64,000 nt of DNA from a virus: IMG/VR virus record IMGVR_UViG_3300012347_000286, positions 3,266 to 67,265 of that record; one strand, 5' to 3'. The stretch's first letter is position 1. Every line of letters starts with the position of its first letter. The notes below the pieces were generated by a model. It was given only the letters and a program-made list of their open reading frames with translations. It did not search any database and was not told the DNA's origin. The translations under genes and the position numbers were made by a program. Shown piece after piece: positions 27,938-37,232 of the stretch.

Positions 27938-28386
27938 GCAACAGAGGCACTTTAACACTACGTTCAATAGACGTTCCTTCTATTCATAAATTTGGTATTG
28001 GTTTTGATTCAATGATAGATGAATTGATGCGAGTCAGTTCTGCCCAAACAACAAGTAACTATCCTCCTCATAACGTCATTAAGACAGGTGAGAATACTGT
28101 TCTGATTGAAATGGCAGTTGCAGGATTCGCAGAAGGTGAGATTAATATCTCCACTGAGAACAATATCCTTACTATCCATGGTCAGCAGTTCCGCAACGAA
28201 CCCGTTAACTATGAATATTTGCATCGAGGATTGAGTAGCAGAGACTTTACCCAAAACTTCAGATTAGCTGAACATGTTGAGGTAAAAGATGCTACAATCA
28301 AGAACGGCATTCTTACCATCTTACTAGAGCGTGATGTTCCGGAAGAAAAGAAGCCCAGAAGTATTGCTATTAATTTCAATAAATAG
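27934..28386 (+). CDS. small heat-shock protein (Hsp20/alpha-crystallin, IbpA-like)
   Basis: Alpha-crystallin domain pattern (GILTIHGQQ ... [11 protein letters not shown]); coupled to the dnaK stop. Confidence 0.75.
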   Translation: MSNRGTLTLRSIDVPSIHKFGIGFDSMIDELMRVSSAQTTSNYPPHNVIKTGENTVLIEMAVAGFAEGEINISTENNILTIHGQQFRNEPVNYEYLHRGLSSRDFTQNFRLAEHVEVKDATIKNGILTILLERDVPEEKKPRSIAINFNK

Positions 28387-28395
28387 TATAATATG

Positions 28396-28430
28396 AGCAT
28401 AGTGCGGGGATAGTCCCCGCACTCTTAACA
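28396..28430 (+). terminator. perfect hairpin (AGTGCGGGGA / TCCCCGCACT) after the sHSP gene; no T-run
   Basis: 10-bp stem with 4-nt loop. Confidence 0.45.
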
Positions 28431-28441
28431 GGTCTACATAT

Positions 28442-28750
28442 ATGGCACAATCAGATACCCAAGTGACAATCAAACCCAATCTTAAATTAACTGAACCACC
28501 TTTGTATAAGGTTATCTACATGAACGATGACACGACTACAATGGACTTTGTTGTCCGTAGTCTAATTGAACACTTCAACTATACTATGGAGACTTCTGAG
28601 AATATTACAACCAGTATTCACGAAGCCGGCTCTGCGGTTGTTGCAGTACTACCCTATGAAATTGCAGAACAAAAGGGCATTGAAGTAACGTTAGATGCAA
28701 GAAGTGAAGGCTTTCCCTTGCAAGTCAAAATCGAAGTTAGTGAAGGTTAA
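28442..28750 (+). CDS. clpS: ClpS-like adaptor protein
   Basis: YKVIYMNDDTTTMDFVVRSLIEHF parallels the ClpS core (V.LLNDDYTPMEFVV.VL...F). Confidence 0.7.
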   Translation: MAQSDTQVTIKPNLKLTEPPLYKVIYMNDDTTTMDFVVRSLIEHFNYTMETSENITTSIHEAGSAVVAVLPYEIAEQKGIEVTLDARSEGFPLQVKIEVSEG

Positions 28751-29439
28751 ATCGTCACTTCAATTCGTTTAGCATAATAGGGTTCCCTATCATGCTTTGG
28801 ATTATTTAAATAGTTGATACCGTTTATCATGGTATCAACTATTTTTTCATGTGTTCCGAAAACCCAATGTGATATCTTATGCTCAGTGTCAGCGTGAGTG
28901 ACATAATCTAAGGTAATATCAGTTAACGTACCCTTTTCTCCAAAGTACAATTTGTTAGAAGGTACGCAGTTTGATGCAATAATTATCTTCTTCACATCTA
29001 CGTGTAGTTGTAGTCGCTCAATGGTTTTTTCTAAGTAACTCATATCATCAAAGAAATGAGATTTTAAATCAAACTCATCCGCAGTAGACATACTTTCATA
29101 ATTTTTATACCAACCGTTGATTCCCACGATTGCTATCCCGTCAACGACTACTACGTTGTTATGTAAATATACTGCATTCCCGATACGCGAGGTCAAGTGC
29201 CCAATCGAATCGAGGGTGTCTTCTCTTGATTGTAAGTCTTTGTTTTCAAGGGCCCCGTCGATGAAGAATACACCTTGATATAATTTACTCAAGTGATGCA
29301 ATGCTTTAGCGACCGTAAAGATATCATCCGATAGATTACCGGCTACAATGCAGTACAGACTGGTAGGTTTTCCCTCCCAGTCAAATTCAGAATCGCTGAC
29401 TAGGTGTAAGTCGCTAATGATGTCAAATCCAAAAATCAT
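28747..29439 (-). CDS. putative metallophosphoesterase-like protein
   Basis: N-terminal DIISDLHL (D-x-H) and VAGNLSDD motifs; weak. Confidence 0.45.
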   Translation of the reverse strand: MIFGFDIISDLHLVSDSEFDWEGKPTSLYCIVAGNLSDDIFTVAKALHHLSKLYQGVFFIDGALENKDLQSREDTLDSIGHLTSRIGNAVYLHNNVVVVDGIAIVGINGWYKNYESMSTADEFDLKSHFFDDMSYLEKTIERLQLHVDVKKIIIASNCVPSNKLYFGEKGTLTDITLDYVTHADTEHKISHWVFGTHEKIVDTMINGINYLNNPKHDREPYYAKRIEVTI

Positions 29440-29492
29440 AATGTATTTATGAAAAAAGGGACCGAAGTCCCCTTTAAAGTAGCATATTTAGA

Positions 29493-29738
29493 TTATGCTT
29501 TTGGCTTTTTAGCAGCTGGCTTCTTTGCTGGGGCCTTTGCAGCTGGGGCTTTCGCCTTAGCTGGGGCTTTCGCTTTCGGTGCTGCTTTTGGCTTAGCTGG
29601 TGCCTTAGGTGCTGCCTTAGGTGCTGCTTCTGCAACAACGGGGGTAGCATTTACTGCTTCAACTTTAGTAACTTCTGCTACAACGGGTGTTGCAACAGGT
29701 TCGCTACTACCAAAAATCTTCTTTAGAAATGAAAACAT
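29493..29738 (-). CDS. Lys/Ala/Pro-rich histone-H1-like (AKP-repeat) DNA-binding protein (81 aa)
   Basis: AGGAG RBS on the minus strand; PKAAPKAPAKPKAAPKAKAPAKAKAPAAKAPAKKPAAKKPKA tail. Confidence 0.6.
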   Translation of the reverse strand: MFSFLKKIFGSSEPVATPVVAEVTKVEAVNATPVVAEAAPKAAPKAPAKPKAAPKAKAPAKAKAPAAKAPAKKPAAKKPKA

Positions 29739-29802
29739 GTTTTTCTCCTTGAACTACTATTTAGACGCATACTTACGTACATATATTTTTTTAAATAAGA
29801 GT

Positions 29803-30294
29803 ATGGCGCTTACTAATCTTAGTTTGTCGGAACTCATGGATTTGCCTTTACCCAGTGTAACTGTGCAGAAGCGTCTTCCTTTTCGCCCAACAAAGTACTT
29901 CCTACATCATGCGTATGAACTCATAAACTATGAGGTTTTCGGAAATACTATGTACAAAGCTACATTAGAACTACGTCCTAACTGTAGAAAGTACTGGGGA
30001 ATGTGTGAGGGGCATATAAAACCAGTGATGACTGGTAGCTACTGTAACATCATTATGATGGATAAATGGTTCTGCCCACAGTGGTTTATCACTACTCTAG
30101 CACACGAAATGGTGCATCAATATCAATGGGATGTGCTTGGTCCTGAAAGACAAGCTAATGGGAAAGATTGGTTAATGAGTCACGGTCCTAGCTTCTATGC
30201 ATTCAGAGAAGATTTAGAGCCACACAATATCTCATTAAAAACGGCGCATTCTCAGCGCCGTTGGTTTAAACATCAAGATTTGTTTAAGGCTTAA
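29803..30294 (+). CDS. SprT-like / WLM-type zinc metalloprotease domain protein
   Basis: HEMVHQYQW is an HExxH motif. The 5' part of the track ORF is antisense to the AKP gene and is rejected. Confidence 0.55.
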   Translation: MALTNLSLSELMDLPLPSVTVQKRLPFRPTKYFLHHAYELINYEVFGNTMYKATLELRPNCRKYWGMCEGHIKPVMTGSYCNIIMMDKWFCPQWFITTLAHEMVHQYQWDVLGPERQANGKDWLMSHGPSFYAFREDLEPHNISLKTAHSQRRWFKHQDLFKA

Positions 30295-31451
30295 CGTTTA
30301 GCACGTGTAGCACGTTCGCTACCTACTTCAGGTTCTACTTCAGGTTTAGCTTCCTTAGAAACCTTCTGTTTAGCGTTAGGGTTACTTGTAACGTTTCCGT
30401 TAACGTCAACAAGAACAACGTCCTTGTCACCCTTCTTACCGATACCACGAGCTAATGTAACACCCAATGTACGCAATCCTGGAAGAGGATTGCTACGTGT
30501 ACTGTCGTTACGAATCAACCAAACCATCAAGTGACTTTCAGGAATGTCTTCTTTGCTAGTGATAACAGCATGACAGTCAACAGTTACATTGTTGCCTTCT
30601 TGCACGAAATGCTGAGGCTTGAATGTCTGAATGACGACTCCGCCCTTTGGATTCAAGTCGCTACCAAAGATAGCTGATAATCCTTCTTCTGGAGTAGGCT
30701 CAACAACGATTTCTTTGTCTAACTTGTAAACTGGATTAGTCGCACCTGTCTTCTTGTCTACTGTCTCGCTAATCTTGATTAGATTGACTGCACCTTGTTT
30801 GACAAGTTTCTTGATGATTTCTTTAGCCTTCTCACCGAACAAGCTATCAGCACTTTCCCACATGTCAGCATTAACTTTCTTAATACTGATAGGCAACGCA
30901 CCCTTTTGACTACGCAACACAACGTCAGCTTTTTTGCGGTTTGCAGTGTCACGTCCTGCAACGTCAACGTTTGTGCAGTTTTTGATAGCCATTTTCTTAC
31001 CACGAGGGTCTTTGAATGTAACGTTGACTGAGCCGTACTTGTCAACAACTGATTGAAGAATACTAGCCATTTCCAATTCGTTAGCAACGCCAGCAGACTT
31101 CTCACCCTGACCACCTGAATCTTTGATGACAATAGAAACAGGACTGTTTTGGAAGATGATGCCGCCCAAACTGCTTAGTTTAGGGTTATCACTGTAAGTT
31201 GGTTGATACTCTTTAAGTGTCTTTTGAAGACCTGCAAGAATCTCGCCCAAAATCTGATTACGGAACTCATCTTTGCGTTGACCTTCGGGAATCTGAACTA
31301 AGACTTCAATCTTGTTGCTTGCCTTATCCTTGATTTCCTCGTAGCCGATTTTAGCTAGTGCTGCGACAACTGTTGGTTTGGTCAAAGTCGTAGCGATTGG
31401 GCTAGCTGCTTCAACCAAAGTAGTTGCAAATTCATAGTGTCTCATGTACAA
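30291..31451 (-). CDS. hypothetical protein (386 aa) with Lys-rich C-terminal tail
   Basis: Track ORF convergent with the SprT-like gene; no family recognised. Confidence 0.6.
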   Translation of the reverse strand: MYMRHYEFATTLVEAASPIATTLTKPTVVAALAKIGYEEIKDKASNKIEVLVQIPEGQRKDEFRNQILGEILAGLQKTLKEYQPTYSDNPKLSSLGGIIFQNSPVSIVIKDSGGQGEKSAGVANELEMASILQSVVDKYGSVNVTFKDPRGKKMAIKNCTNVDVAGRDTANRKKADVVLRSQKGALPISIKKVNADMWESADSLFGEKAKEIIKKLVKQGAVNLIKISETVDKKTGATNPVYKLDKEIVVEPTPEEGLSAIFGSDLNPKGGVVIQTFKPQHFVQEGNNVTVDCHAVITSKEDIPESHLMVWLIRNDSTRSNPLPGLRTLGVTLARGIGKKGDKDVVLVDVNGNVTSNPNAKQKVSKEAKPEVEPEVGSERATRAKR

Positions 31452-31533
31452 TCTCTCATGTAGTTAGTGAAGTGATAATTATATCACCGATTTAGTATTT
31501 ATCGCAAATTATTTTTAACAAAGGCAAAAAAAA

Positions 31534-32127
31534 ATGAGTTTAGTTCCAATCGTAGTAGAATCTACTTCCAAAGGTGAGCGCAGTTACGACATTTACAGTC
31601 GGTTGATGCGTGACCGTGTTATCTTGCTTGAGGGCGAAGTTCACGACCAAATGGCAAACTTGATTGTTGCCCAACTACTTTTCTTGGAATCAGAAGATGC
31701 GACTAAAGACATTAGCATGTACATTAACTCTCCGGGTGGTTCGGTTACTGCTGGTATGGCCATCTATGATACTATGCAATTTATTGCCCCCGACGTTCAA
31801 ACAATCGTCATGGGTCAGGCTTGTTCTATGGGTAGTCTTCTCGCTCAGGGAGGGGCAGCTGGAAAAAGATTCATGCTCCCAAACGCACGACACATGATTC
31901 ATCAGCCCTCTGGTGGCGCACGTGGTATGCAAAGTGACATTGAGATTTCTTACAAAGAGATTACATATTTGAAAACTCGTTTGACTGAAATCTACGTTGA
32001 ACACAATAGCAAGGGCAAGACCTACGCAGAGTTTGAGAAGGATATGGATCGTGACACATTCATGTCAGCACAACAAGCGTTAGACTATGGTCTGATTGAC
32101 AAGATTGTGACAAAACGAAACGGTTGA
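31534..32127 (+). CDS. clpP: ClpP protease proteolytic subunit
   Basis: [10 protein letters not shown] (Ser), MIHQP (His) and RDTFMSA (Asp) form the catalytic triad. Confidence 0.9.
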   Translation: MSLVPIVVESTSKGERSYDIYSRLMRDRVILLEGEVHDQMANLIVAQLLFLESEDATKDISMYINSPGGSVTAGMAIYDTMQFIAPDVQTIVMGQACSMGSLLAQGGAAGKRFMLPNARHMIHQPSGGARGMQSDIEISYKEITYLKTRLTEIYVEHNSKGKTYAEFEKDMDRDTFMSAQQALDYGLIDKIVTKRNG

Positions 32128-32152
32128 CAATAAATGTGTTCGGTGATATACT
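32124..32152 (+). promoter_or_regulatory. sigma70 promoter (TTGACA-17-TATACT); the clpP stop codon TGA lies inside the -35
   Basis: CGGTTGACAATAAATGTGTTCGGTGATATACT. Confidence 0.7.
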
Positions 32153-32176
32153 AAGCACATCAATAACTATTGTAAG

Positions 32177-34132
32177 TTGAAAATGAGCCACATATCACCG
32201 AACGTAATCAAGTTCCCCGTAACATCCAAGTCAATTGATTTGGCATTCATGCGTCCATTGCAAAAGAAATATTTGCATGACAATGTGTTTCAGTCCCTAG
32301 ACGAGTCTGAGAAACTGAATGACCATAGAATCACTATTGTGCCCGCAGGCACTGGTTCAGGTAAGTCTACTATCGTTACCAAAATCACGATTGCCTCAAT
32401 CATTAGTCGTGATCCAAATGCCAAGTGCATTATCTTTACTTCACCCGATAGCGGTTGTGTTGACGGACCTTTCTCGTCATTTGTTCGAGAGTGGAATGGA
32501 AAGAAGATTACCTGTGCTGACGGTTCAGTTAAAGAGATCCGTGCTAGACAAAAAGACGAAATCGTTAAGTCTTGGGCAGTTGGTGAAAAAACCTCCAATG
32601 ATGTAGTTGACGTTTGGTTTGTTACTACTCAATGGTTGGGCCTTAAGTGGAAAGAATATCGTAATCCCAATATCTTGCAAAAGAACATTGGCATTCCTGA
32701 CTATATCATCGTTGATGAAATTCACTTTGGAATGGGCACAATCAATGCTACTACGATTTTCGAGGACCAAGGGCGCAATAATAAAAACTTTGACCCTAAG
32801 TGGCTACCTACTATTTACGGTATGGCTGTCGCCGGATCACGAGTTATAGGTTATACCGGTACTGCTACCAAGAGTCAACGTGGTGGCACGGTGTTAGGTG
32901 CATCCGTGTTTAAGACTTTGGATCGCATGCCTGAAAGCAAGAATACTAGCGTCTTTGCTGAAACATTACCTATCGAGCCACTGGTAAATTCAGCATACAT
33001 TGTCCAAGATGTTAGTAACACTTACGAATTAGCAAAACTTCAATACGAACTAACAGTATCAAAGACTTTGCAATTCTTCAAGGACATCGACCAAGACACA
33101 TGGGTAAAAGCTGAAGCCATTGGTATTTCAAAATTGATGCCAGGTTCATTCTTTAAGTTCGGTCGCTGTGACGCTACTACATCAATTCCGTTAGAGCATG
33201 ATCCGATGAGTCGTGTCCGCAAAGGTCAAAAGAAAGACTTCTTGGACTATTCATCTGACATTGGCGCTGACTCCGGTATTGTGACAAGTGACCAAAAATC
33301 GTTTCACCCAAATAAAGGTGGTGTTAACTACCACTATACTGCCAACGACATTATCAATCGTGCGAATAGTTCAAGTGTGGCACAAAACCCACTTACACTT
33401 GGGGTAATCATGCAAGGTAACATGGGTTGGGATATCCCGCGATTGAAGCAAGTATCTTTCTTGGGTCACCCGAGTGCAAAAAATGTTCACTTGATGCAAC
33501 TACAAACAATGGCACGAGCAAAACGTTTAGTGCATGGTGTATATGAACATAATACAAAAGCAGTTGAGATTGCAGAACTCGATGTATCGATGCAACAAAA
33601 AGAATTGTTGGCAAGGTACGTAGTGTTCTCGAATACCGTGAATATTGTTGTTCCCAAGTATGCACATCTGCTGAAGTCTGCATACAGTGAGTTTAAACAA
33701 CACATGCACACTCCTGCAGAGGGTTTAGATTTGTATTTGAACATTATTAAAACTCATGTTCCTACAAAATCTAATGTTTCTAAAATGACAAAGCCTCACT
33801 TTCACATGGGGTATAATCCCGGTTCACAAAATCAAGCAAGCAAGAAAGATTATTGCCAGCACTGCACTGATTTAGGTTTAGTCACTGACAAAGGTGATAC
33901 TTTGTGTTCTATTATTGGACGTGTCCAGGCTAATGATATTGCCGAGCGTAGACTGTCTGATGAGGAGTTCAAAGAGTATTGGAAGGGACAGTTGAAGTTG
34001 GACCACTTGAACGGTGTTCGTACTGACAATCGTCCTGAAAATCAGTACACTCGCTGTGGCATCAGTGATGCGTTGAAAACCTTGATTAAGAAAGACTACT
34101 TGAACACCTACAAAAAGGTTGACGGTAAATAG
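32177..34132 (+). CDS. superfamily-2 DEAH-box helicase
   Basis: Walker A PAGTGSGKST, DEIH box (IIVDEIHFG) and further helicase motifs. Confidence 0.75.
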   Translation: MKMSHISPNVIKFPVTSKSIDLAFMRPLQKKYLHDNVFQSLDESEKLNDHRITIVPAGTGSGKSTIVTKITIASIISRDPNAKCIIFTSPDSGCVDGPFSSFVREWNGKKITCADGSVKEIRARQKDEIVKSWAVGEKTSNDVVDVWFVTTQWLGLKWKEYRNPNILQKNIGIPDYIIVDEIHFGMGTINATTIFEDQGRNNKNFDPKWLPTIYGMAVAGSRVIGYTGTATKSQRGGTVLGASVFKTLDRMPESKNTSVFAETLPIEPLVNSAYIVQDVSNTYELAKLQYELTVSKTLQFFKDIDQDTWVKAEAIGISKLMPGSFFKFGRCDATTSIPLEHDPMSRVRKGQKKDFLDYSSDIGADSGIVTSDQKSFHPNKGGVNYHYTANDIINRANSSSVAQNPLTLGVIMQGNMGWDIPRLKQVSFLGHPSAKNVHLMQLQTMARAKRLVHGVYEHNTKAVEIAELDVSMQQKELLARYVVFSNTVNIVVPKYAHLLKSAYSEFKQHMHTPAEGLDLYLNIIKTHVPTKSNVSKMTKPHFHMGYNPGSQNQASKKDYCQHCTDLGLVTDKGDTLCSIIGRVQANDIAERRLSDEEFKEYWKGQLKLDHLNGVRTDNRPENQYTRCGISDALKTLIKKDYLNTYKKVDGK

Positions 34133-34147
34133 ATTTGGATGTATAAT
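34119..34147 (+). promoter_or_regulatory. sigma70 promoter (TTGACG-17-TATAAT) overlapping the helicase 3' end
   Basis: GGTTGACGGTAAATAGATTTGGATGTATAAT. Confidence 0.7.
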
Positions 34148-34173
34148 AGAGACTTCTACAGCAAGGAGTCTCT

Positions 34174-34377
34174 ATGTCTTACATTCGATTCAATCACGAC
34201 CCAAAGTGGGGCCCTCGCAAAGGACTTGAGGGCCCATTCCATTATCCCTCAGGTGTAGTACTTTATTATGACCCAAAAGCAGGTGAGTACTACGATCCTA
34301 CTACTGACTTCTATGTTCCCCATGAAGACGTTGAGGAACTGAAAAACTCTATCTTCCAACTACTAAAAAAGGCTTGA
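34174..34377 (+). CDS. hypothetical small protein (67 aa)
   Basis: GGAG RBS. Confidence 0.5.
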   Translation: MSYIRFNHDPKWGPRKGLEGPFHYPSGVVLYYDPKAGEYYDPTTDFYVPHEDVEELKNSIFQLLKKA

Positions 34378-34402
34378 CATTAATTGCTTTTGGGCATATA
34401 AT
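34375..34402 (+). promoter_or_regulatory. sigma70 promoter (same family, 16-nt spacer)
   Basis: GGCTTGACATTAATTGCTTTTGGGCATATAATAGATACTTAGACAG. Confidence 0.7.
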
Positions 34403-34434
34403 AGATACTTAGACAGTTAAGAAAAGGGCTCGAA

Positions 34435-34653
34435 ATGTTTAACGCAAAGCAAAATCGTTTGTTGACTACTCTAGGTCTCGTAAGTGATAAAGAGCGCATC
34501 GAAATGTATGAGTCTTACCAAGAAGTAGACTGCGAAATGCGGGCTAACGGTATGGGCGGCCAATCATTTACTGGTTGGTTAGAACACAAAATCCGTGTTG
34601 CAGAGTACATCGCCAAGCGTAATGCCGAAAAGTCGCTGAAACAAATGGCTTGA
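34435..34653 (+). CDS. hypothetical small protein (72 aa)
   Basis: RBS AAAAGGG, as at 16449. Confidence 0.5.
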   Translation: MFNAKQNRLLTTLGLVSDKERIEMYESYQEVDCEMRANGMGGQSFTGWLEHKIRVAEYIAKRNAEKSLKQMA

Positions 34654-34678
34654 CAAATAATCATTTTGGGTATATAAT
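34650..34678 (+). promoter_or_regulatory. sigma70 promoter (same family)
   Basis: GGCTTGACAAATAATCATTTTGGGTATATAAT. Confidence 0.75.
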
Positions 34679-34708
34679 AGAATCTTAAACAGTCAAAAGG
34701 AAGTCAAA

Positions 34709-35134
34709 ATGTCAACACGTTCAGCAATCGGTATCATGCATGGTAACAACTGCAAAGCTATCTACTCACATTCAGATGGTTATCTGTCTTACGTGGGTAA
34801 AGTGTTGCTTGAGCATTATGACAGCACCAAAGCTAACATGCTGGTCGCTATGGGCGATATGTCTATGTTGGGTAAAGAGATTGGTGAGAAGATTGACTTC
34901 AACGACCGCATGGTCTATGATACTGACAACATTGCAAAACAATGTCGTTTCTACAAGCGTGACCGTGACGAGACCGGTGTCGAGTTCAAAACATTCTTCA
35001 ACGACCAAGAGTTGTTCGCAGGTATTGACGCAGAATATTTCTACGTGATGAAGGACAACGTGTGGTACGTTTCTGAAGGTGCTGAGTGGAAAGTTTTGTC
35101 AGAAGCACTTGCAGAAGAAATGGTTGGTGCTTAA
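34709..35134 (+). CDS. hypothetical protein (141 aa)
   Basis: AAGGAAG RBS. Confidence 0.55.
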   Translation: MSTRSAIGIMHGNNCKAIYSHSDGYLSYVGKVLLEHYDSTKANMLVAMGDMSMLGKEIGEKIDFNDRMVYDTDNIAKQCRFYKRDRDETGVEFKTFFNDQELFAGIDAEYFYVMKDNVWYVSEGAEWKVLSEALAEEMVGA

Positions 35135-35505
35135 TGAAATACTTTGAAGAGGTCACTGATTGGGGCAGCACGACTGCTAAGAATCATACGTACTATTTGA
35201 ATGATGACAAGTCTAAAATGGTAGGCTACATCAAACATGGTACTACTGACCTCTTCAAGTTCAAGCAGCCAATCAGTTTCTACGGCAAGGGTCGTAAGTT
35301 TGTAGAGTTAAAGAAAATGAAGGGTGAGCCCGATTCAGTGTACTTCACTAAGTCAGAATCATTCGTTCCAAAAGCTGCTATCATTGTGCAAGGTTCGAAC
35401 GGTAAAGAGTATCACATCACAAAGATTGGTAGTAAATACTCTTGCACGTGTCCTGGATTCGCATTTCGTCACGTGTGCAAGCACGTAACGGAATTGAAAG
35501 CATGA
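35134..35505 (+). CDS. SWIM-type zinc-finger protein
   Basis: C-terminal CTCPGFAFRHVCKHV matches the CxCxnCxH SWIM motif. Confidence 0.55.
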   Translation: MKYFEEVTDWGSTTAKNHTYYLNDDKSKMVGYIKHGTTDLFKFKQPISFYGKGRKFVELKKMKGEPDSVYFTKSESFVPKAAIIVQGSNGKEYHITKIGSKYSCTCPGFAFRHVCKHVTELKA

Positions 35506-35675
35506 TTGAAATTATAAGAACATTTACTGGTGAACCAAGACCAAATGGTCAAGCAAAGATAACTGAGGCACCGATGTATCGTTGCACCAAGTGCGGCAAT
35601 ATCAAACCCTCATTCAAAGAATTGAAAGAAGAAGGTTGTACAAAACATGAGTATCATTCAAGCGTACAAAAGTGA
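35502..35675 (+). CDS. small zinc-ribbon-like protein (57 aa)
   Basis: CTKCG ... C..H pattern; ATGA coupling. Confidence 0.45.
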   Translation: MIEIIRTFTGEPRPNGQAKITEAPMYRCTKCGNIKPSFKELKEEGCTKHEYHSSVQK

Positions 35676-36366
35676 CGAAGACGGTAAAGTGTTTGAGTTC
35701 AAAGTGGACTACACTAAGCACCTGCGTAAACTAGCAACCAAGCGCCGTGCAGAAAAAAAGCGCATTCAACACCTTGCTAATCGTGAAGTATTCCTTGACA
35801 AGATGGGTCAGATTGGCTCGTTCACTGAGTTGGAACAATTCATCAAGGACAACTGGGTGTTCTTTCGCATGAACGCACAAGAAAGATCCCATGGTAGACG
35901 CTTTGGTGCAAAAGATGACAACCTGCTCGGATTAACTCTGAGGGTAGATGGGTTCAATGTGTTAACTAGCAATAGTCACAAGTGTCCTCGCAAGGGTGTG
36001 AGTAATTTTGACCGCCGAAGTGAGCACAATAAAGATAAACCAATTGGCTACCCAGGCTGGCGAGGTCGTATCATTTACTCAGTGACAAGTTCTACTACAT
36101 TTGGTAGTGCATACTTTGACCACACTCCTATCTGTACTGGTAGTGGTGGCGGTGGCGATACATCACTAAGCTATGACTTGACATTGTGGGCAAGTGACTT
36201 CCCTGTTATCTGGGAAAAACACTGCCGTGATACTTGGATAATGAAACAGAACCAAGAAAAAATGTATGTTTGGCGCAGTCTCGGTGGTAAAGGGTTGACT
36301 CCCCCGGTCACTGAAGCAGATATCCCAAGTGACTGGGTTTGTCCCGATCCTCTGACAGGTGTATAA
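35647..36366 (+). CDS. hypothetical protein (239 aa)
   Basis: Track ORF. Confidence 0.55.
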   Translation: MSIIQAYKSDEDGKVFEFKVDYTKHLRKLATKRRAEKKRIQHLANREVFLDKMGQIGSFTELEQFIKDNWVFFRMNAQERSHGRRFGAKDDNLLGLTLRVDGFNVLTSNSHKCPRKGVSNFDRRSEHNKDKPIGYPGWRGRIIYSVTSSTTFGSAYFDHTPICTGSGGGGDTSLSYDLTLWASDFPVIWEKHCRDTWIMKQNQEKMYVWRSLGGKGLTPPVTEADIPSDWVCPDPLTGV

Positions 36367-36596
36367 TGAATTCAGCACAAAGACGCAAAACAAAACGTGA
36401 GCACCCTCATAGTATCATCCTTCGCACTGTTGGGCAAGAACAGTATTTCAAATATGACGAGAAGGTTAGTAAAGCTACTAAGTGGTGCAAGAAACATTGT
36501 AAAGACAGTTGGAGAATTAGCAGTGATTGGGACCATGCTGAATTCAAGTTCAGTAGTCATAAAGACGCAACGGTGTTTGCATTGAAATGGGTATGA
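36366..36596 (+). CDS. hypothetical basic small protein (about 76 aa)
   Basis: TAATG coupling; N-terminus MNSAQRRKTKREHPH is basic. Confidence 0.45.
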   Translation: MNSAQRRKTKREHPHSIILRTVGQEQYFKYDEKVSKATKWCKKHCKDSWRISSDWDHAEFKFSSHKDATVFALKWV

Positions 36597-36910
36597 AAAC
36601 ATTTATTGACATTGAATCAGGTGGATTTAAACCCGGAGAGGTTATAGTTATGATGGCTAGACAAACAGGTAAGAGTACAATCATGCAACACCTCTTTGAA
36701 GAAGAAGCCAAGGTGACTAAATTTGCAACAGTTAGTAGCGAGTTAGTTGATGATGAACAGTGGTATACTGTTAGGACAAGTAGCCCTATTATTTCTAAAT
36801 GGATTAGAAGTCAGAATAAAAACTGGTACGTTGAGATAACTGCAAACTACCCTAACTATTTTGATGTGAATGAAAAATTGTACGTAATGCTGGAGTTAAA
36901 ATTTAAATGA
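36587..36910 (+). CDS. hypothetical protein (107 aa)
   Basis: Track ORF. Confidence 0.5.
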   Translation: MGMKTFIDIESGGFKPGEVIVMMARQTGKSTIMQHLFEEEAKVTKFATVSSELVDDEQWYTVRTSSPIISKWIRSQNKNWYVEITANYPNYFDVNEKLYVMLELKFK

Positions 36911-37197
36911 TTTTTTATAAGATTAGAAGCAAAAACGACCCTGAACTATTTGTTAAGGGCACTCCCTACTACCAAAGCTACGACAAGACTGGTCGCATCT
37001 TTCAATCACTAGGGCAACTACGCACATTCATAACTGGTGTTATGAATTCTGATAGTGGTTATAATAGAAATTCTAAAAGTCATCGCAATCGTATAGCAGA
37101 GTGGGAAGTAGTTGAATTGGAGATGGTTATTAGAGAAGTGAAGGGTATTCACGAAATCATCACTGCTAATAAACTCAAAGAATTAATAATGAAGTGA
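36907..37197 (+). CDS. hypothetical protein (96 aa)
   Basis: Track ORF, ATGA coupling. Confidence 0.5.
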   Translation: MIFYKIRSKNDPELFVKGTPYYQSYDKTGRIFQSLGQLRTFITGVMNSDSGYNRNSKSHRNRIAEWEVVELEMVIREVKGIHEIITANKLKELIMK

Positions 37198-37198
37198 T

Positions 37199-37227
37199 TG
37201 ACATTTAACCATAACTGTGATATAATC
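37199..37227 (+). promoter_or_regulatory. sigma70 promoter (TTGACA-17-TATAAT)
   Basis: GATTGACATTTAACCATAACTGTGATATAAT. Confidence 0.7.
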
Positions 37228-37232
37228 ATACT

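Noticed and set aside
29449-29802. 5' extension of track ORF 29449..30294 encoding a GAFAAGAFALAGAFAFGAAFG low-complexity N-terminus
   Set aside because: It is the antisense reading of the repeat-encoded AKP tail of the minus-strand gene 29493..29738. No RBS. The metalloprotease domain has its own ATG at 29803.
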